A DNA stretch of 34,108 bases from Sandaracinaceae bacterium (GCA_947483975.1 CANKOL010000011.1:1-34108), one strand, 5' to 3'. Shown: positions 1-12,655, numbered from the stretch's first letter. Notes: a model not told the origin generated them from the sequence alone. Numbers and translations: made by a program.

Positions 1-1
1 A

Positions 2-3000
2 GACGCTGCCGTCACCCGCGCCACCATCGCCCACGCTGCCGTCGCGCGCGCCGCCGTCGCGCACGCCGCCGTCGGGCATCACGACCGTCGCGGGATCGAG
101 GTAGTCCGGCACGCCGTCGCCGTCGCTGTCGACGAGCCCCTCGGTTTCGTCCGGGATGCCGTCCCCGTCCGACTCGGTGTCGAGCCAGTCGGGCGCGCCA
201 TCGAGATCGACGTCGTTGCCGTAGAGCCCGCCGTCCGCACGCTCGCGCGCGGTGGGGATGCCGTCGCCGTCGTCGTCGGCGTCGAGGTAGTCGGGCACGC
301 CGTCGCCGTCCGTGTCGACGTCGACGTTCCCTGGGCGCTCGTCGCGCGTCGGGATGCCGTCGCCGTCGTCATCGGTGTCGAGGTGATCCGGGATGCCGTC
401 GAGGTCCGTGTCCTGCGGGACGCCGCCGGGCGCCTCGATCAGCGTCGGGACGCCGTCGCCGTCGTCGTCGGGGTCGAGGTAGTCGGGGAGCCCGTCGCCG
501 TCCGTGTCAACGTTGACGCCGCCCGGACGCTCGTTGACCGTCAGGAGGCCGTCGCCGTCGTCGTCGACGTCGTCGATGTCCGGCACGCCGTCACCGTCGG
601 TGTCCGGGCACGGCGTCGTGCCGGGCGGACACTCGACGACGTCGAGCACGCCGTCGCCGTCACGGTCGCCGCCCGTCGGGTCGACGGTGAACGTCGCCGA
701 GTCGGTCGCGGTGTTGCCCGCGGTGTCGGTCGCGAGGACCGAGACCGTATGCGAACCGCTCGCGAGCGGGCTCGGGACGGTGAGGCTCCAGCTTCCGTCG
801 GGGCCCGCGGTCACGGTGCCGACGACGACGCCGTCGATCGTGACCTCGACCGACGCGCCCGCCTCTGCGGTGCCGGTGATCGTGGGCGTCACGGTGCCGA
901 CCGTGCCGCCATCAGCCGGCGAGGCGATGGCCACGGTGGTGTCGAGGTCCACGGTGAAGGTGCCGCTGTCGGTCGCGACGTTGCCGTCCGCGTCGCTCGC
1001 CGTCGCCGTCACGATGTGCGAGCCGACCGCGAGAGGCGCGCTCGGAGTGACCGACCACGAGCCGTCGGCCGCCGCGGCGACGGTGCCGACGAGCGCGCCG
1101 TCGACGCGCACCTCGACCGTCGCGCCCGCCTCGGAGGTACCGCTGATCGCGGGCGTCTGCGTCGCGATCACCGAACCGTCCACCGGCGCGTCGATCGCGA
1201 TCGCGGGTGCGGTCGCGTCGACGGTGAAGGAGTGCGTCTCAGTCGCGGTCGTGCCCGCGGCGTTGGTCGTCGTCGCGGTGACCGTGTGCGCGCCGTCGGC
1301 GAGGTCCGAGGTCACGGAGATCGACCAAGAGCCGTCGACGTCCGTGCGCGCGGTGCCGAGCGTGACGCCGTCGACGATGACGACCACGAACGCGCCCGGG
1401 TTCGCGGTGCCGCTGATCGCGGGCCGACGCTCCGTGGTCGTCGAGCCATCGGCAGGCGACACCAGCACGAGCGCGGGCACCGAGGTGTCCACCGTGAAGG
1501 TCGCGGTGTCCGTCGCGGTGTTGCCGACGGCGTCCGTCGCGAGCACCGAGACCGTGTGCGGGCCCTCGGAGAGCGCGCTGCCCGGCACATAGGACCAGGT
1601 GCCCGAGGCGTCCGCCGTCACCGTCGCGACGACGACGCCGTCGAGCGTGACCGCGACGCTCGCGCCAGCCTCGGCGGTCCCCGTGATCAGCGGCGTCGAG
1701 TCGCCCGTCGTCGAGGCGTCCACCGGCTGATCGATCGAGACGGTCGTGCTCGTGTCGGCCATCAGCGTGACCGCGATCGCGTCCATCGCTGTGTTGCCCG
1801 CGGGATCAGTGGCGGTCGCCACGACCGCGCGCGCGCCGTCCGCGAGGGGCAGCGTCGGGGTCACCGACCAAGCGCCCGCGCCGTCCGCGACGGCCGTCCC
1901 GACCGTCACGCCGTCGACCGTGACCACCACGGTCGCGCCCGCCTCTGCGGTGCCGCGGAGCGTCGGCGTCGAGTCGACGAGCATCGCGCCGTCGAGCGGC
2001 GAGGTGATCGCGACGGTCGTGCTCGTGTCGACCGTGAAGGACGACGTCGCCGTCGCCATATTGCCCGCGACGTCGGTCGCGACCGCGCTCGTCTCGTGCG
2101 AGCCGTCCGCGAGCGTCGTCGTCACGGCGATCGACCACACTCCCGACGCGTTCGCCGTCGTCGTGCCGAGCGCCGCGCCGTCGAGCGCCACGGAGATCAT
2201 CGCGCCGGGCTCCGCGGTCCCCGAGATCGTCGGGGTGCTGTCGGCGGTCGTGCTGCCGTTGGCGGGCGCGACGATCGCGATGGTCGTCGCCGTGTCGACG
2301 ACGATGGCCGCGGTGTCGGTCGTGACGTTCGTGGCGGTGTCGGTCGCCGCCACGGAGATCGCGTGCGGCCCTTCCGTCAGGGCCGTCGGCACGGTGAACG
2401 TCCACGTCCCCGCCGCCGTCGCGAGGACGGTCGCGACGACCACACCGTCGATCGAGATGGCGACCGAGGCGCCGGGGTCCGCGCTCCCCGAGATCGTCGG
2501 CGTCGTGTCGAGCGTCCGCGCGCCGTCGGCGGGCGTCGTGATCACGACCTCCCGCCGACACGTCACGCCGCAGCCATCGCCCGCGACGGCGTTGCCACCG
2601 TCACAGGTCTCGGGCGCGGTGATCACGCTGTCGCCGCAGACCGCCGAGACCGTCGTGTCGGTCGGCTGCGTGCCGCCCGTCGCCGGATCGCCGTCGGTGT
2701 CGCTCGTGTAGGTCGTACCCGCGCCGAGCGTGGCGCCTGCGTAAGTGACCGTCGCCTGATTCCTCAGGATCGTGCCCGCGGGGAGCGCTGCCTGGATCCG
2801 CACGCGGAAGTGCACCGTCTGCGTCGCGCCGATCGCGAGCGTGCCGCCTGCCGCCGCCGTCGCGCCCGTGCCGAGGCGCACGGTCACGCGCCGCGTGCCC
2901 GCCGTGTAGTCGCCGACGTCGTCGCCCGCAGCATCCGTCAGGGTCGCCGCGCCGAGGCGGAGCGAGCCAGCCACGTAGTCGACGCCGACGGGGAGGTCGT

Positions 3001-4183
3001 CGGTCAGGACCGTGTTGATCGAAGGGTCCGCGCCGTTGTTCGTGGAGATGATCGTGTACTCGAGGACGTCGCCCGGCAGCAGCGAGCCGCCGTTGACGTC
3101 GACCGCCGTCTTACCGGCGTCCACCTGCGGCGCGAAGACGTCGGTCGCGAACGTGAAGATCCCGGCGAGCATCGCCTCACCCGAGGTCTGCCCGCGGATC
3201 TGCGCCGTCGTCGCCCCGTTCGGCAGCGCGTCGACCGTGGCGAACAGATCCGCGTCGAAGCCGAGCGTGTTCTGATAGGCCGGGAAGCGCGTCGTCACGT
3301 TCGCCGCGAAGCGCGACACCGTCGAGTTCGAGATATCCGTCGTCGGGTTGAGCGCCGCAGCGCCCACCTCACCGAGCGCCGTCGTGCGCGCGCCCGAGAT
3401 CAGCTGAAGCGTGTCGCCCATGCCGCGGTCGCCGTCGACGTCGATGATGCCGACGCGCGAGTTGACCGTGCCCGTCGCCGGCGTGAGGAAGCCCGCGATG
3501 TTCACGGTGATCGCGGTGGTGCCGTAGGTGCGAAACGCGTCGAAGACCGAGAGGTCGCGCACGGGCGCGGTCGCGTCCTCGTACGCCACGATCAGCGCCC
3601 AGCCGGCGTGCGTGTTCGTGAGGTTGTTGACGGTCTGAACGTCGGCGACCCAGTACGTGCCGACGCCGCCCGCACGCACGAAGGTCGTCACGTCCGCGTA
3701 CGCGATGTACGCGTCCCGCGCGCCGATCGTGAGCCCGCTGTCGACGCGGTCCGCCGTACGGTCGGCGTACGCCCCGCCCGGCACCTTGAAGCGCGCGATG
3801 TTCCGGCGCGCGACGGCGGGCACGGTCGCGTCCCCCGTCAGGCCGGTCCAATAGAGCCCCGCCCACGTGACCGTCGCGCCCGCGGGCAGCACGAGATCGG
3901 AGCTGCTCGAGTCGAACGTGCTCGCGTCCGTGTCCGCGTCGATGCGGACCATCGTGAAGTCGTTGTTGCGCGCGCCCGCGGTCGTGCCCGCCTGCGCGGC
4001 GGTGCACGCGGCGCCGGGGGGACACGTCATCAGCGAGTTCGCCGTGATCGTGATGTCACCCCGCTGCGTCACCTGAAATCGTCGCGCCGCGTCGCGGGCC
4101 TGAGCCTGAGCTTCCTGGGGGATCGAGGCGAGGAAGACGGCGGCGCACGCGACCACGGCGACCGAAACGGAATTTAGACGCAT
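2..4183 (-). CDS. Large secreted/surface adhesin-like protein (>1394 aa, 3' end outside window): signal peptide, N-terminal domain, DUF11/isopeptide-type domain, Myxococcus Cys-rich repeat, 7 bacterial Ig-like repeats, TSP3-like Ca-binding repeats, DGG linker
   Basis: Manual translation from ATG 4183: [28 protein letters not shown]...; [22 protein letters not shown]...TDDLP...RNQATV (DUF11-like); [27 protein letters not shown]; TPxIxGTAExG motif every 270 nt; [19 protein letters not shown] repeats; the same frame reads sensibly at the left edge, so it is absent from the ORF track. Confidence 0.9.
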   Translation of the reverse strand, partial: MRLNSVSVAVVACAAVFLASIPQEAQAQARDAARRFQVTQRGDITITANSLMTCPPGAACTAAQAGTTAGARNNDFTMVRIDADTDASTFDSSSSDLVLPAGATVTWAGLYWTGLTGDATVPAVARRNIARFKVPGGAYADRTADRVDSGLTIGARDAYIAYADVTTFVRAGGVGTYWVADVQTVNNLTNTHAGWALIVAYEDATAPVRDLSVFDAFRTYGTTAITVNIAGFLTPATGTVNSRVGIIDVDGDRGMGDTLQLISGARTTALGEVGAAALNPTTDISNSTVSRFAANVTTRFPAYQNTLGFDADLFATVDALPNGATTAQIRGQTSGEAMLAGIFTFATDVFAPQVDAGKTAVDVNGGSLLPGDVLEYTIISTNNGADPSINTVLTDDLPVGVDYVAGSLRLGAATLTDAAGDDVGDYTAGTRRVTVRLGTGATAAAGGTLAIGATQTVHFRVRIQAALPAGTILRNQATVTYAGATLGAGTTYTSDTDGDPATGGTQPTDTTVSAVCGDSVITAPETCDGGNAVAGDGCGVTCRREVVITTPADGARTLDTTPTISGSADPGASVAISIDGVVVATVLATAAGTWTFTVPTALTEGPHAISVAATDTATNVTTDTAAIVVDTATTIAIVAPANGSTTADSTPTISGTAEPGAMISVALDGAALGTTTANASGVWSIAVTTTLADGSHETSAVATDVAGNMATATSSFTVDTSTTVAITSPLDGAMLVDSTPTLRGTAEAGATVVVTVDGVTVGTAVADGAGAWSVTPTLPLADGARAVVATATDPAGNTAMDAIAVTLMADTSTTVSIDQPVDASTTGDSTPLITGTAEAGASVAVTLDGVVVATVTADASGTWSYVPGSALSEGPHTVSVLATDAVGNTATDTATFTVDTSVPALVLVSPADGSTTTERRPAISGTANPGAFVVVIVDGVTLGTARTDVDGSWSISVTSDLADGAHTVTATTTNAAGTTATETHSFTVDATAPAIAIDAPVDGSVIATQTPAISGTSEAGATVEVRVDGALVGTVAAAADGSWSVTPSAPLAVGSHIVTATASDADGNVATDSGTFTVDLDTTVAIASPADGGTVGTVTPTITGTAEAGASVEVTIDGVVVGTVTAGPDGSWSLTVPSPLASGSHTVSVLATDTAGNTATDSATFTVDPTGGDRDGDGVLDVVECPPGTTPCPDTDGDGVPDIDDVDDDGDGLLTVNERPGGVNVDTDGDGLPDYLDPDDDGDGVPTLIEAPGGVPQDTDLDGIPDHLDTDDDGDGIPTRDERPGNVDVDTDGDGVPDYLDADDDGDGIPTARERADGGLYGNDVDLDGAPDWLDTESDGDGIPDETEGLVDSDGDGVPDYLDPATVVMPDGGVRDGGARDGSVGDGGAGDGSV
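95..670 (-). repeat. Thrombospondin type-3-like Asp-rich repeats (DxDGDGxPDxLD) within the surface protein
   Basis: Repeated [76 protein letters not shown]. Confidence 0.85.
680..2560 (-). repeat. Seven tandem ~270-nt (90-aa) Ig-like domain repeats within the surface protein
   Basis: [77 protein letters not shown] at about 2490, 2220, 1950, 1680, 1410, 1140, 870; boundaries approximate. Confidence 0.85.
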
Positions 4184-4316
4184 ATCCGGATGCCGTTATC
4201 AGTTCGTTTGCGCGCGGTCAATCACTCCGGCCGACGACCACCGTGCTGGAGGAGCGCGAATGGCAGCGCGGCGCGCGGCTGCCACCCGCCCCAGAGTGAC
4301 ACGCGCCGCGCGGTCG

Positions 4317-4832
4317 TCAGCGGCGCCGCTGCAGCACGAGGGCGAGCAGGAGGCTCCCGCAGAGCGTCGCGCCCACGCCGCCGCCGAGCGCGCTCTTGCC
4401 GTCACCTGTGCGGAGCCCGATCACGAGCACCACGAGGGAGCCGACGAAGAACAGACCGCTCATCCCGAGCACGAAGAGCCTGCCGCGGCGCTCCTCGACC
4501 TCGAGCTCCTTCTGCCGCGCGGCGGCCGCCAGCTTCCGGTGCGCGAGGTCCGCCGAGTGCGCCTCGACCTCGCGCGTCGCCTCCACCATTTGCTCTTGCG
4601 CGAAGGTGACCAGCTGTTGGCGCGCCGACTCCACGAGCTGCCCGTGCGCGAGGCCGAGTAGCTGGACGCGGGAGGCGTCGTCCAGCTTGGCCCGAGGGAA
4701 GCGCGAGACGTTGCCGCAGTAGGAGCACACCGACTCGCCGGTCGGCGCGGCCGCCGGGAGCACCGCGCCACAGCCCGGGCACTTCGCCTGAAACGGCGCT
4801 CCAACCGGCCCTTCGCTGCGTGTCTGCGTCAC
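4317..4832 (-). CDS. Zinc-ribbon protein with coiled-coil and two C-terminal TM helices (start uncertain)
   Basis: CPGC-x14-CSYC, a helical charged middle and two hydrophobic segments ending in QRRR; GTG 4832 preferred because the longer ORF start (4955) runs into the dnaK terminator region. Confidence 0.65.
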   Translation of the reverse strand: MTQTRSEGPVGAPFQAKCPGCGAVLPAAAPTGESVCSYCGNVSRFPRAKLDDASRVQLLGLAHGQLVESARQQLVTFAQEQMVEATREVEAHSADLAHRKLAAAARQKELEVEERRGRLFVLGMSGLFFVGSLVVLVIGLRTGDGKSALGGGVGATLCGSLLLALVLQRRR

Positions 4833-4953
4833 GCGACGACGGTGCCCGCCGCCCCGCTCGAAGTCAAAGCCTCTCGCCTCCACTTCGAGCGACGCGGCCG
4901 GCGCCCAGCGCCTCAAGCAACGGCCGGCCCCGAGCGCGCCCACGCCCCCCGCC

Positions 4954-4996
4954 AACAGAAACGCCCCGAGAGCGCGAAGCCCACGAGGCGTCTCTT
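4954..4996 (-). terminator. Probable intrinsic terminator of dnaK
   Basis: Minus strand GAGACGCCTCGTGGGC-TTCGC-GCTCTCGGGGCGTTTCTGTT: long stem with G-U pairs followed by a U-rich tail, ~20 nt after the dnaK stop. Confidence 0.7.
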
Positions 4997-5017
4997 CTCT
5001 AACCGTAGCGGCTCAGC

Positions 5018-6916
<1,899 letters not shown>

Positions 6917-7036
6917 CTCTGAATCCTCCCGCGGTGTTTCGTGCGGAGTTGTGTCGTACGGATGCGTGCTGATGAACGAGGGGCCGCCGAGGCCCCCGAT
7001 GACGATGAACCGGTCGGGTTCATTCGAGCCGGGTGG

Positions 7037-7064
7037 AACCTAACCAGTGTGCTCGGGGCGTCAA
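7037..7064 (-). promoter_or_regulatory. Possible sigma70-type promoter of dnaK
   Basis: Minus strand TTGACG-N16-TAGGTT in an AT-richer patch ~120 nt upstream of the ATG; no CIRCE seen. Confidence 0.35.
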
Positions 7065-7069
7065 GACTT

Positions 7070-8143
7070 TTAGGCGCGGCCGAGGGTGCCGTCGCTGATG
7101 GCCTCGCGCAGGCGCAGGACGTCCTTCGTGCGGGCGAGGACGATCAGGACCATGCCCTTCGTGATCAGCGTCGAGGGCGGCGGGTTGTGGACGATCTCGC
7201 CCTCCGCCTCCCGCAGCGCGATCACGAGCACGTCGGAGGCCTTGCGGATCGCGGACTCGCGCAGCTGCAGGCCGACGAGCGGAGAGTCGTCGGGCACGAT
7301 GACCTCCTCGATGCGGAGGTTCTGCGCGCGGTCGCGCAGCATCTGGTCGAGGAACTGCGTCACCTGCGGGCGGATCATCTCGCTGACGAGCCGCATCCCG
7401 CCGATGTAGTTCGTCGACACGACGCTGTCGGCGCCGGCGCGCCTCATCTTCTCGACCGCGGTCGGCTCGATCGCCTTCGCGACGATGCGCGTGCGCGGGT
7501 TGAGCGCGCGCGCGGTGACCGTGACGAAGAGGTTGTCCTTGTCGTCGTGCAGCGCCGAGACGACGCCACGGCAGGTCTCGACGCCCGCCTCGCGCAGGAC
7601 CTCGTCCTCGGTCGCGTCGCCGAGCACCCAGTGGACGAGCTTCTCGCCGTGCTCTTGCTGCAGCTTGAGCAGGCGCTGCTCGTCGGCGTCGATCACCACG
7701 AACGGCGTCTCGGTCGCGATCAGCTCGGCGACGACGTGAACGCCCGTCGTGCCGACGCCGCAGACGATCACGTGGTCCTTCATTCCCTCGACGCGCTTGC
7801 GCATACGGTTTCTCCGGAGTGCGCCTCCGAGGTCGCCCTCGACGATCAGCGCCGTGAACGTGGAGACGAAGTAAACGAGCGTGCCGCTGCCGAGCAGGAT
7901 GAGCCCGACGGTCCAGGGGCGCGCGAAGGGCACCGCCGAGAAGCCCGGGAGCGTCTCGCCGTAGCCGACGGTCGAGAGCGTGATCACCGTCATGTAGAAG
8001 CAGTCGCTCCACGCCCAGCGCCCGCCGCCGAGCTGGTGGTAGCCCGTCGCCCCGAACACGAGCACGAGCGCGAGCACGCCCGCGGCGAACAACAATCGGT
8101 CGGTGAGGTCCCGTCGCGAGGAATCGGAGATGTGCGCGGCCAC
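7070..8143 (-). CDS. Potassium channel protein (2-TM pore + TrkA-N/TrkA-C RCK domains)
   Basis: Selectivity filter TLSTVGYGE, Rossmann motif HVIVCGVGTTG, GDATEDEVLREAG, C-terminal RCK-C. Confidence 0.95.
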   Translation of the reverse strand: MAAHISDSSRRDLTDRLLFAAGVLALVLVFGATGYHQLGGGRWAWSDCFYMTVITLSTVGYGETLPGFSAVPFARPWTVGLILLGSGTLVYFVSTFTALIVEGDLGGALRRNRMRKRVEGMKDHVIVCGVGTTGVHVVAELIATETPFVVIDADEQRLLKLQQEHGEKLVHWVLGDATEDEVLREAGVETCRGVVSALHDDKDNLFVTVTARALNPRTRIVAKAIEPTAVEKMRRAGADSVVSTNYIGGMRLVSEMIRPQVTQFLDQMLRDRAQNLRIEEVIVPDDSPLVGLQLRESAIRKASDVLVIALREAEGEIVHNPPPSTLITKGMVLIVLARTKDVLRLREAISDGTLGRA

Positions 8144-8220
8144 GCGGGGTGGATCACACGGCCGCGAGCCCCGCTTGTCAACTTGACCGCATGGGGGGCC
8201 GAGCGCAGAACCGCGCGCCT

Positions 8221-9816
8221 GTGTCGAGCACCGCGCCGCCCACGCCCCCGCGCACCGACGACGCCGCGACCGCCACCCGGAACGCAGGGCGCGGGCTGCT
8301 CTCGATCGCGGGCGCGAAGGTCTGGTTCATCGTCACCGGCTACGCCGTGCAGTTGCTGCTGCCGCGGCTGCTGGGTTCGCCGGAGAACTTCGGCTTCTAC
8401 GCCACGGCGATGACCGACGTCTCGATCCTCAACAACGTGCTGATCGCCGCGACGGTGCAGACCGTCAGCAAGAAGGTCAGCGAGGACGAGTCGCGGAGCG
8501 GCCTCGCGCTCCGACAGGGGCTGCTGCTGCAGGCGGCGTGGGGCGGCGTGATCGGGCTGGCGCTGTTCTTCCTGGCGCCGTTCATCGCGACGACGGTCAA
8601 GCTCAACCCCGCGCAGGCGCCGCTCTACCGCACGGCGTCGGCCGTCGTGCTCGCGTACGCGCTCTACGCCGCGATCGTCGGCTCGCTCAACGGGCGGCAC
8701 CGCTTCGCGACGCAGGCGAAGCTCGACATGACGTTCTCGACGCTGCGGAGCGTGCTGATCCTCGGGGGCGCGTTCCTCGGCTTCGGCGCGCTCGGCGCGT
8801 TCAGCGGCTTCGCGATGGCGGCGGTGGTGATTCTGCTGGTCGCGCTCGTCGTCGCGAAGACCGGCGAGGGACCGCTCAGCCTGCGCGCGATCGCCGCGGG
8901 GCAGCACTCGCCGTGGAAGACCTGGCTCGCGTTCATGGCGCCGCTCTGGCTCTACCAGGCGTGCCTCAACGGGATGCTGCAGCTCGACGTGTCGATCCTC
9001 TCGCGGACGGCGATCGCGGCGAGCCTCGCGGCGGGCACGGCCGCGGAGGAGGCCTCGCGCGTCGGGGATCGCCTCGGCGGCTTCTATCGCGCCGCGCAGA
9101 CCTTCGCGTTCGTGCCGTATCAGCTGATCTTGTCGGTGACGTTCGTCGTGTTTCCGCTGGTCGCCAAGGCGACGAGCGGCGGCGACCGCGACGCGGCGCG
9201 CGAGACCATTCGGCGGGCGATGCGCTTCTCGCTGCTCGTGCTGCTCGCCTTCGCGGCGCCGATGGCGGGCGCGGCAGAGGGCGTGATCCGCATCGCCTAC
9301 ACGGCGGAGTATCTGCCGGCGGCGCAAGCGCTCCGCGTGCTCGTGCTCGGGCTGGTGCCGTTCGCGCTCTTCGTCATCGCGTCGACGGCGGTCAGCGGCG
9401 CGGGCAGGCCGTTCATCTCGGCGACGATCGCGTGCCTCTCGCTCGGCGTGCTCGTCGTCGCAGTGCGCGGGCTGATCGCGCTGAGCGGGCCGGGCGAAGC
9501 GGCGCTCGTCGCCGCGGCGACGGGCACCTCGATCGCCGCGCTCCTCGCGCTGACGGCGGTGGGCGCGGTGTCGATGAAGCTGTTCGGCGCGTTCATCCCC
9601 CCAGCGTCGGTCGCGCGCGGGCTCGCCGCGGCGGCGGTCGGCGCGGGCGTGGCGTGGTGCGTCCCGCACGCGTCGCGCGTGATGGCGGTCGTCGCGCTCG
9701 CCGCTGGCTTTGCGGCCTACGGCGTCGCGCTCCTCGCGCTGCGCGAGCTGCTGCCGAGCGAAGTCCAAGCCCTGCTCGCCATCGTGCTGCGGCGCAAGAA
9801 GCCCAAGAGCGCGTAG
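8221..9816 (+). CDS. Oligosaccharide/polysaccharide flippase (Wzx/MurJ/MATE superfamily); start uncertain (8149/8191/8221)
   Basis: ~14 hydrophobic segments, LLPRLLGSPENFGFY, LGGFYRAAQTF, VVFPLVAK, YTAEYLPAAQALRVL patterns. Confidence 0.85.
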   Translation: MSSTAPPTPPRTDDAATATRNAGRGLLSIAGAKVWFIVTGYAVQLLLPRLLGSPENFGFYATAMTDVSILNNVLIAATVQTVSKKVSEDESRSGLALRQGLLLQAAWGGVIGLALFFLAPFIATTVKLNPAQAPLYRTASAVVLAYALYAAIVGSLNGRHRFATQAKLDMTFSTLRSVLILGGAFLGFGALGAFSGFAMAAVVILLVALVVAKTGEGPLSLRAIAAGQHSPWKTWLAFMAPLWLYQACLNGMLQLDVSILSRTAIAASLAAGTAAEEASRVGDRLGGFYRAAQTFAFVPYQLILSVTFVVFPLVAKATSGGDRDAARETIRRAMRFSLLVLLAFAAPMAGAAEGVIRIAYTAEYLPAAQALRVLVLGLVPFALFVIASTAVSGAGRPFISATIACLSLGVLVVAVRGLIALSGPGEAALVAAATGTSIAALLALTAVGAVSMKLFGAFIPPASVARGLAAAAVGAGVAWCVPHASRVMAVVALAAGFAAYGVALLALRELLPSEVQALLAIVLRRKKPKSA

Positions 9817-9867
9817 GGGCCAGCCGACTAGCCGTTGGCTACGGCAGACGCCATGGCGCTCTCAGCG

Positions 9868-9930
9868 GCGCTACTTCGGCGAGCGGCGAGCGAGGCGCGC
9901 TACCTCGGCGAGCGGCGAGCGAGGCGCGCT
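9868..9930. repeat. 29-bp tandem direct duplication in a convergent intergenic gap
   Basis: GCGCTACTTCGGCGAGCGGCGAGCGAGGC followed by GCGCTACCTCGGCGAGCGGCGAGCGAGGC (1 mismatch). Confidence 0.85.
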
Positions 9931-10358
9931 CAGGCAGCGCGCGGAAGCGGCGACGCGGGCAAGCGCACGGAGGCCGAGCGGGCCTCTTCGGCCAGCATCG
10001 AGTCGAGGGCGCAATCACCGCCGGCGACGCCTAGCGCGCCGACCAATCGGCCTTCGGCGTAGACGGGCACGCCGCCCGGGCCGACGTCCGCCGCCGCACC
10101 GCCGCGGAGCATCGAAGCGCCACGCACGCGGGCCGAGACGTCCGCCGTCGACATCCCGAGGCTGGCCGCAGCGCGGGCCCGACGCGTCGCCGTCCGCCGT
10201 GCCGCCGAGTGATCGTCGCCCATCACCGAGACGACCTCGCCCGCGCGATCGACGAACACGAACGAGAGCGCCTCACCGCGACCCTGCGCACGAAGGACTA
10301 CCTCTACCGCGCGGGCGCGGAGAGCATCGAAGAGGAGCGTATCGTGGGCGGTGTTCAT
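9930..10358 (-). CDS. GlcG/HbpS-like (heme-binding family) protein, divergent
   Basis: SFVFVDRAGEVV and GGVPVYAEGRLVGALGVAGG...DSMLAEEA motifs typical of the family. Confidence 0.75.
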   Translation of the reverse strand: MNTAHDTLLFDALRARAVEVVLRAQGRGEALSFVFVDRAGEVVSVMGDDHSAARRTATRRARAAASLGMSTADVSARVRGASMLRGGAAADVGPGGVPVYAEGRLVGALGVAGGDCALDSMLAEEARSASVRLPASPLPRAA

Positions 10359-10620
10359 GGGGTCGGTCGCGTCGGTGGGGGAACTGGCGGCCGCTTATGC
10401 AGTCATCGTGCCAGCGAAGTCAAGTCCGACGACGAAGGGCGACTCTGCGCGGGGTCCGGGACCCGAGCGCCATGATTTCAGCGACTTGAGCGGCTCCGCG
10501 GGCGCCGCAGGGCTCAACCTTGGTCGGACTTGCCGACCAAGAAGCGGGCCAAGCTGTGCACGGATTGGCGAGAAACCTCTCCAGGCGTGCACTTCTGATT
10601 ACAGAAACGCACCGTCTCGC

Positions 10621-11184
10621 TCACTCGCGGCGCCAGTGGCCACTGCGGCCGCCACTCTTCTCTTGGACGCCGAGATGCTCGACCGTCATGCCGCGGTCGA
10701 CCGCCTTCACCATGTCGTAGACGGTGAGCGCGGCGAGGCTCGCCGCGACGAGCGCCTCCATCTCGACCCCCGTGCGGTCGCACGCGCGAACGCGGGTGCG
10801 CACGTGAAGGCGCACCCCGTCGGCGTCCGGGGCGAACTCGACCTCGACGCCGGTCAGCGCGATCGCGTGGCAGAGCGGGATGAGGTCCGGCGTGCGCTTG
10901 GCCGCCTGAATGCCTGCGACGCGGGCGACCGCGAGCACATCGCCCTTCGGCGTCTTGCCGTCGAGGATCGCGCGCAGCGTGCTCGGCTCCATGCGCAGGG
11001 TCGCGTGCGCCGTCGCCACGCGAACGGTGACGGGCTTCTCAGCGACGTCGACCATGCGCGCGCGCCCCTCGGCGTCGAGGTGGGTGAGCGTCGTCTCTTT
11101 CGGGCTCATCGGCGTCGCACGCACCTCGGCGTCGAGTGGCGTGCGCGCCTTCGCCTTCGATCGGGGCTTCTTCGGGTCCGCCAT
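10621..11184 (-). CDS. moaC: Cyclic pyranopterin monophosphate synthase MoaC (alternative start 11109)
   Basis: [65 protein letters not shown]. Confidence 0.97.
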   Translation of the reverse strand: MADPKKPRSKAKARTPLDAEVRATPMSPKETTLTHLDAEGRARMVDVAEKPVTVRVATAHATLRMEPSTLRAILDGKTPKGDVLAVARVAGIQAAKRTPDLIPLCHAIALTGVEVEFAPDADGVRLHVRTRVRACDRTGVEMEALVAASLAALTVYDMVKAVDRGMTVEHLGVQEKSGGRSGHWRRE

Positions 11185-11254
11185 CGGCGGCAAGCTAGCA
11201 GGCTTGGGCCGCGCGCACGCCGCGAAGGCGCGCGCGGCAGGCCCCTCGCGCGGC

Positions 11255-11887
11255 TCAGCTCGACATCGCCTCGGCGCCGGGCGGGCGACGCGCGCGCTCC
11301 GTGCCGGCAATGCGCGCGACGAGCTCTACGCGCGAGTGCACGCCGAGCTTTGGGTAGATTCGCTTCAGGTAGGTGTGCACCGTCGCGACGGTGAGCCCAG
11401 CGCGCGCGGCGATGTCGCGCGTCGAGGAGCCGGCGACGAGCAGGGCGACGACCTGCTTCTCGCGCGGCGACAGTGGCGCGCGAGCGAGCGCGTCGCTGAT
11501 GTCCTCCGCGCCGCGTCGGCGCCCATCGTCGACGAGCCGCTGCGCGTAAAAGAGCTGCCGCGCGAGGAGCCGAGCGCACCAGCGCGCGAGGCGCAGCTCC
11601 GCGGGAGCGAAGCGCCGGTGCGGCTCAGGCGCGTCGAGGTGCAGCGTGCCGAGGACGCGCCGCCCGCAACGCAGCGGCAGCGACACCCGCTCGCCGGAGG
11701 CGTCGGTCGAGTCCGTCTCCGCCGACGGTCGGTCCGTGGCGACAGCGACCGTCTCGACGAGCTCGAGCTCGAAGCGAGGCGCCTGCAGGAGCCCAGCGAC
11801 CAGCGCGGCGCCGCGCTGAGGAAACGTGCGTACCGGGTCGAGGTGCGTGAGGCCCTCGACGATCTCTAGAAACTGAAATGGCAGCAT
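11255..11887 (-). CDS. LuxR-family transcriptional regulator with GAF-like N-terminal region
   Basis: C-terminal [22 protein letters not shown]...[40 protein letters not shown]-like strand pair; RBS GAAGGGGGG before ATG 11887. Confidence 0.9.
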   Translation of the reverse strand: MLPFQFLEIVEGLTHLDPVRTFPQRGAALVAGLLQAPRFELELVETVAVATDRPSAETDSTDASGERVSLPLRCGRRVLGTLHLDAPEPHRRFAPAELRLARWCARLLARQLFYAQRLVDDGRRRGAEDISDALARAPLSPREKQVVALLVAGSSTRDIAARAGLTVATVHTYLKRIYPKLGVHSRVELVARIAGTERARRPPGAEAMSS

Positions 11888-12052
11888 GATCCCCCCTTCG
11901 CGCTCGGCGTAGACGCGAGTGCTCCAGCGACACAGTCCCCCTCTGGGGAGGCCCACCGCCTCCCGCCAGCCCCAAGTCCCCCGAAAACGCATCCGACCGC
12001 GTCCCCGCCAGCAAGTCAACCGCTCACGTACACGCGCTGCTACAGTCGCGCC

Positions 12053-12655
12053 ATGTCGGCCGGCCTCGACGCCATGAACACGTACCTGACGACCTTGCCG
12101 TCGGGCCTCGATTCGTATCCCGCGTGCACGATGAAGGGCTCCGTTCTCAGGGCTTTCCTCGAGGGGCTGCCCGTGACGAGCGGGTTCGAAGGGATCCCGG
12201 AGCCGCTGCGCACGTTGGTCCGCGAGCGACCGCTGCCCAGCGCTTGGATCAGCGAGGTGCAAGCCTCCGCGCTCTTCGCGTTCGCCGCTGCGGAGTACTT
12301 CCCCTCGAGCCCCGAGTATGAGCACCACGCCCACGACGCCAACTACGCGCTGCTCAACTCGCTGACGTATCGAGTGCTGTTTCGGCTCGTCGGGGTGACG
12401 CGCTTGATCGACCAAGCGGCCGCGCGCTGGGGCCATTTTCACCGTGGCACGCAGCTCACCGTGATCGAGCGGCCGACGGATCGGGGCGCGACGCTCGCGC
12501 TCCGTTCGCCTCCGAACCACGTGCCCGCCGCGCTCGCGAAGGCGTATCGCGCGGCGTTCATCGCGGCGCTCGAGATCGCAGGCGAGCGCGAGGTGACGGT
12601 CGAGTCGGTCGTCGTCGACGCCGAGACGCTGCACTTCTGGGTCCGCTGGGCATAG
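12053..12655 (+). CDS. Conserved myxobacterial hypothetical protein (DUF2378/TIGR02265- or V4R-like)
   Basis: Normal amino-acid composition; KGSVLR...PSAWISE...LFRLVGVTRLIDQAAARWGHFHRG pattern recalled from this group. Confidence 0.6.
   Translation: MSAGLDAMNTYLTTLPSGLDSYPACTMKGSVLRAFLEGLPVTSGFEGIPEPLRTLVRERPLPSAWISEVQASALFAFAAAEYFPSSPEYEHHAHDANYALLNSLTYRVLFRLVGVTRLIDQAAARWGHFHRGTQLTVIERPTDRGATLALRSPPNHVPAALAKAYRAAFIAALEIAGEREVTVESVVVDAETLHFWVRWA

Noticed and set aside
383..4177. 1264-aa plus-strand ORF and nested plus-strand ORFs
   Set aside because: Arg/Gly-rich antisense shadows of the real minus-strand adhesin, expected in very GC-rich DNA.
10621..11184. moaC as part of the redox locus (implying a Mo-enzyme such as NXR)
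   Set aside because: It is separated by unrelated genes and no molybdoenzyme subunit is in the window, so nitrite oxidation cannot be claimed.
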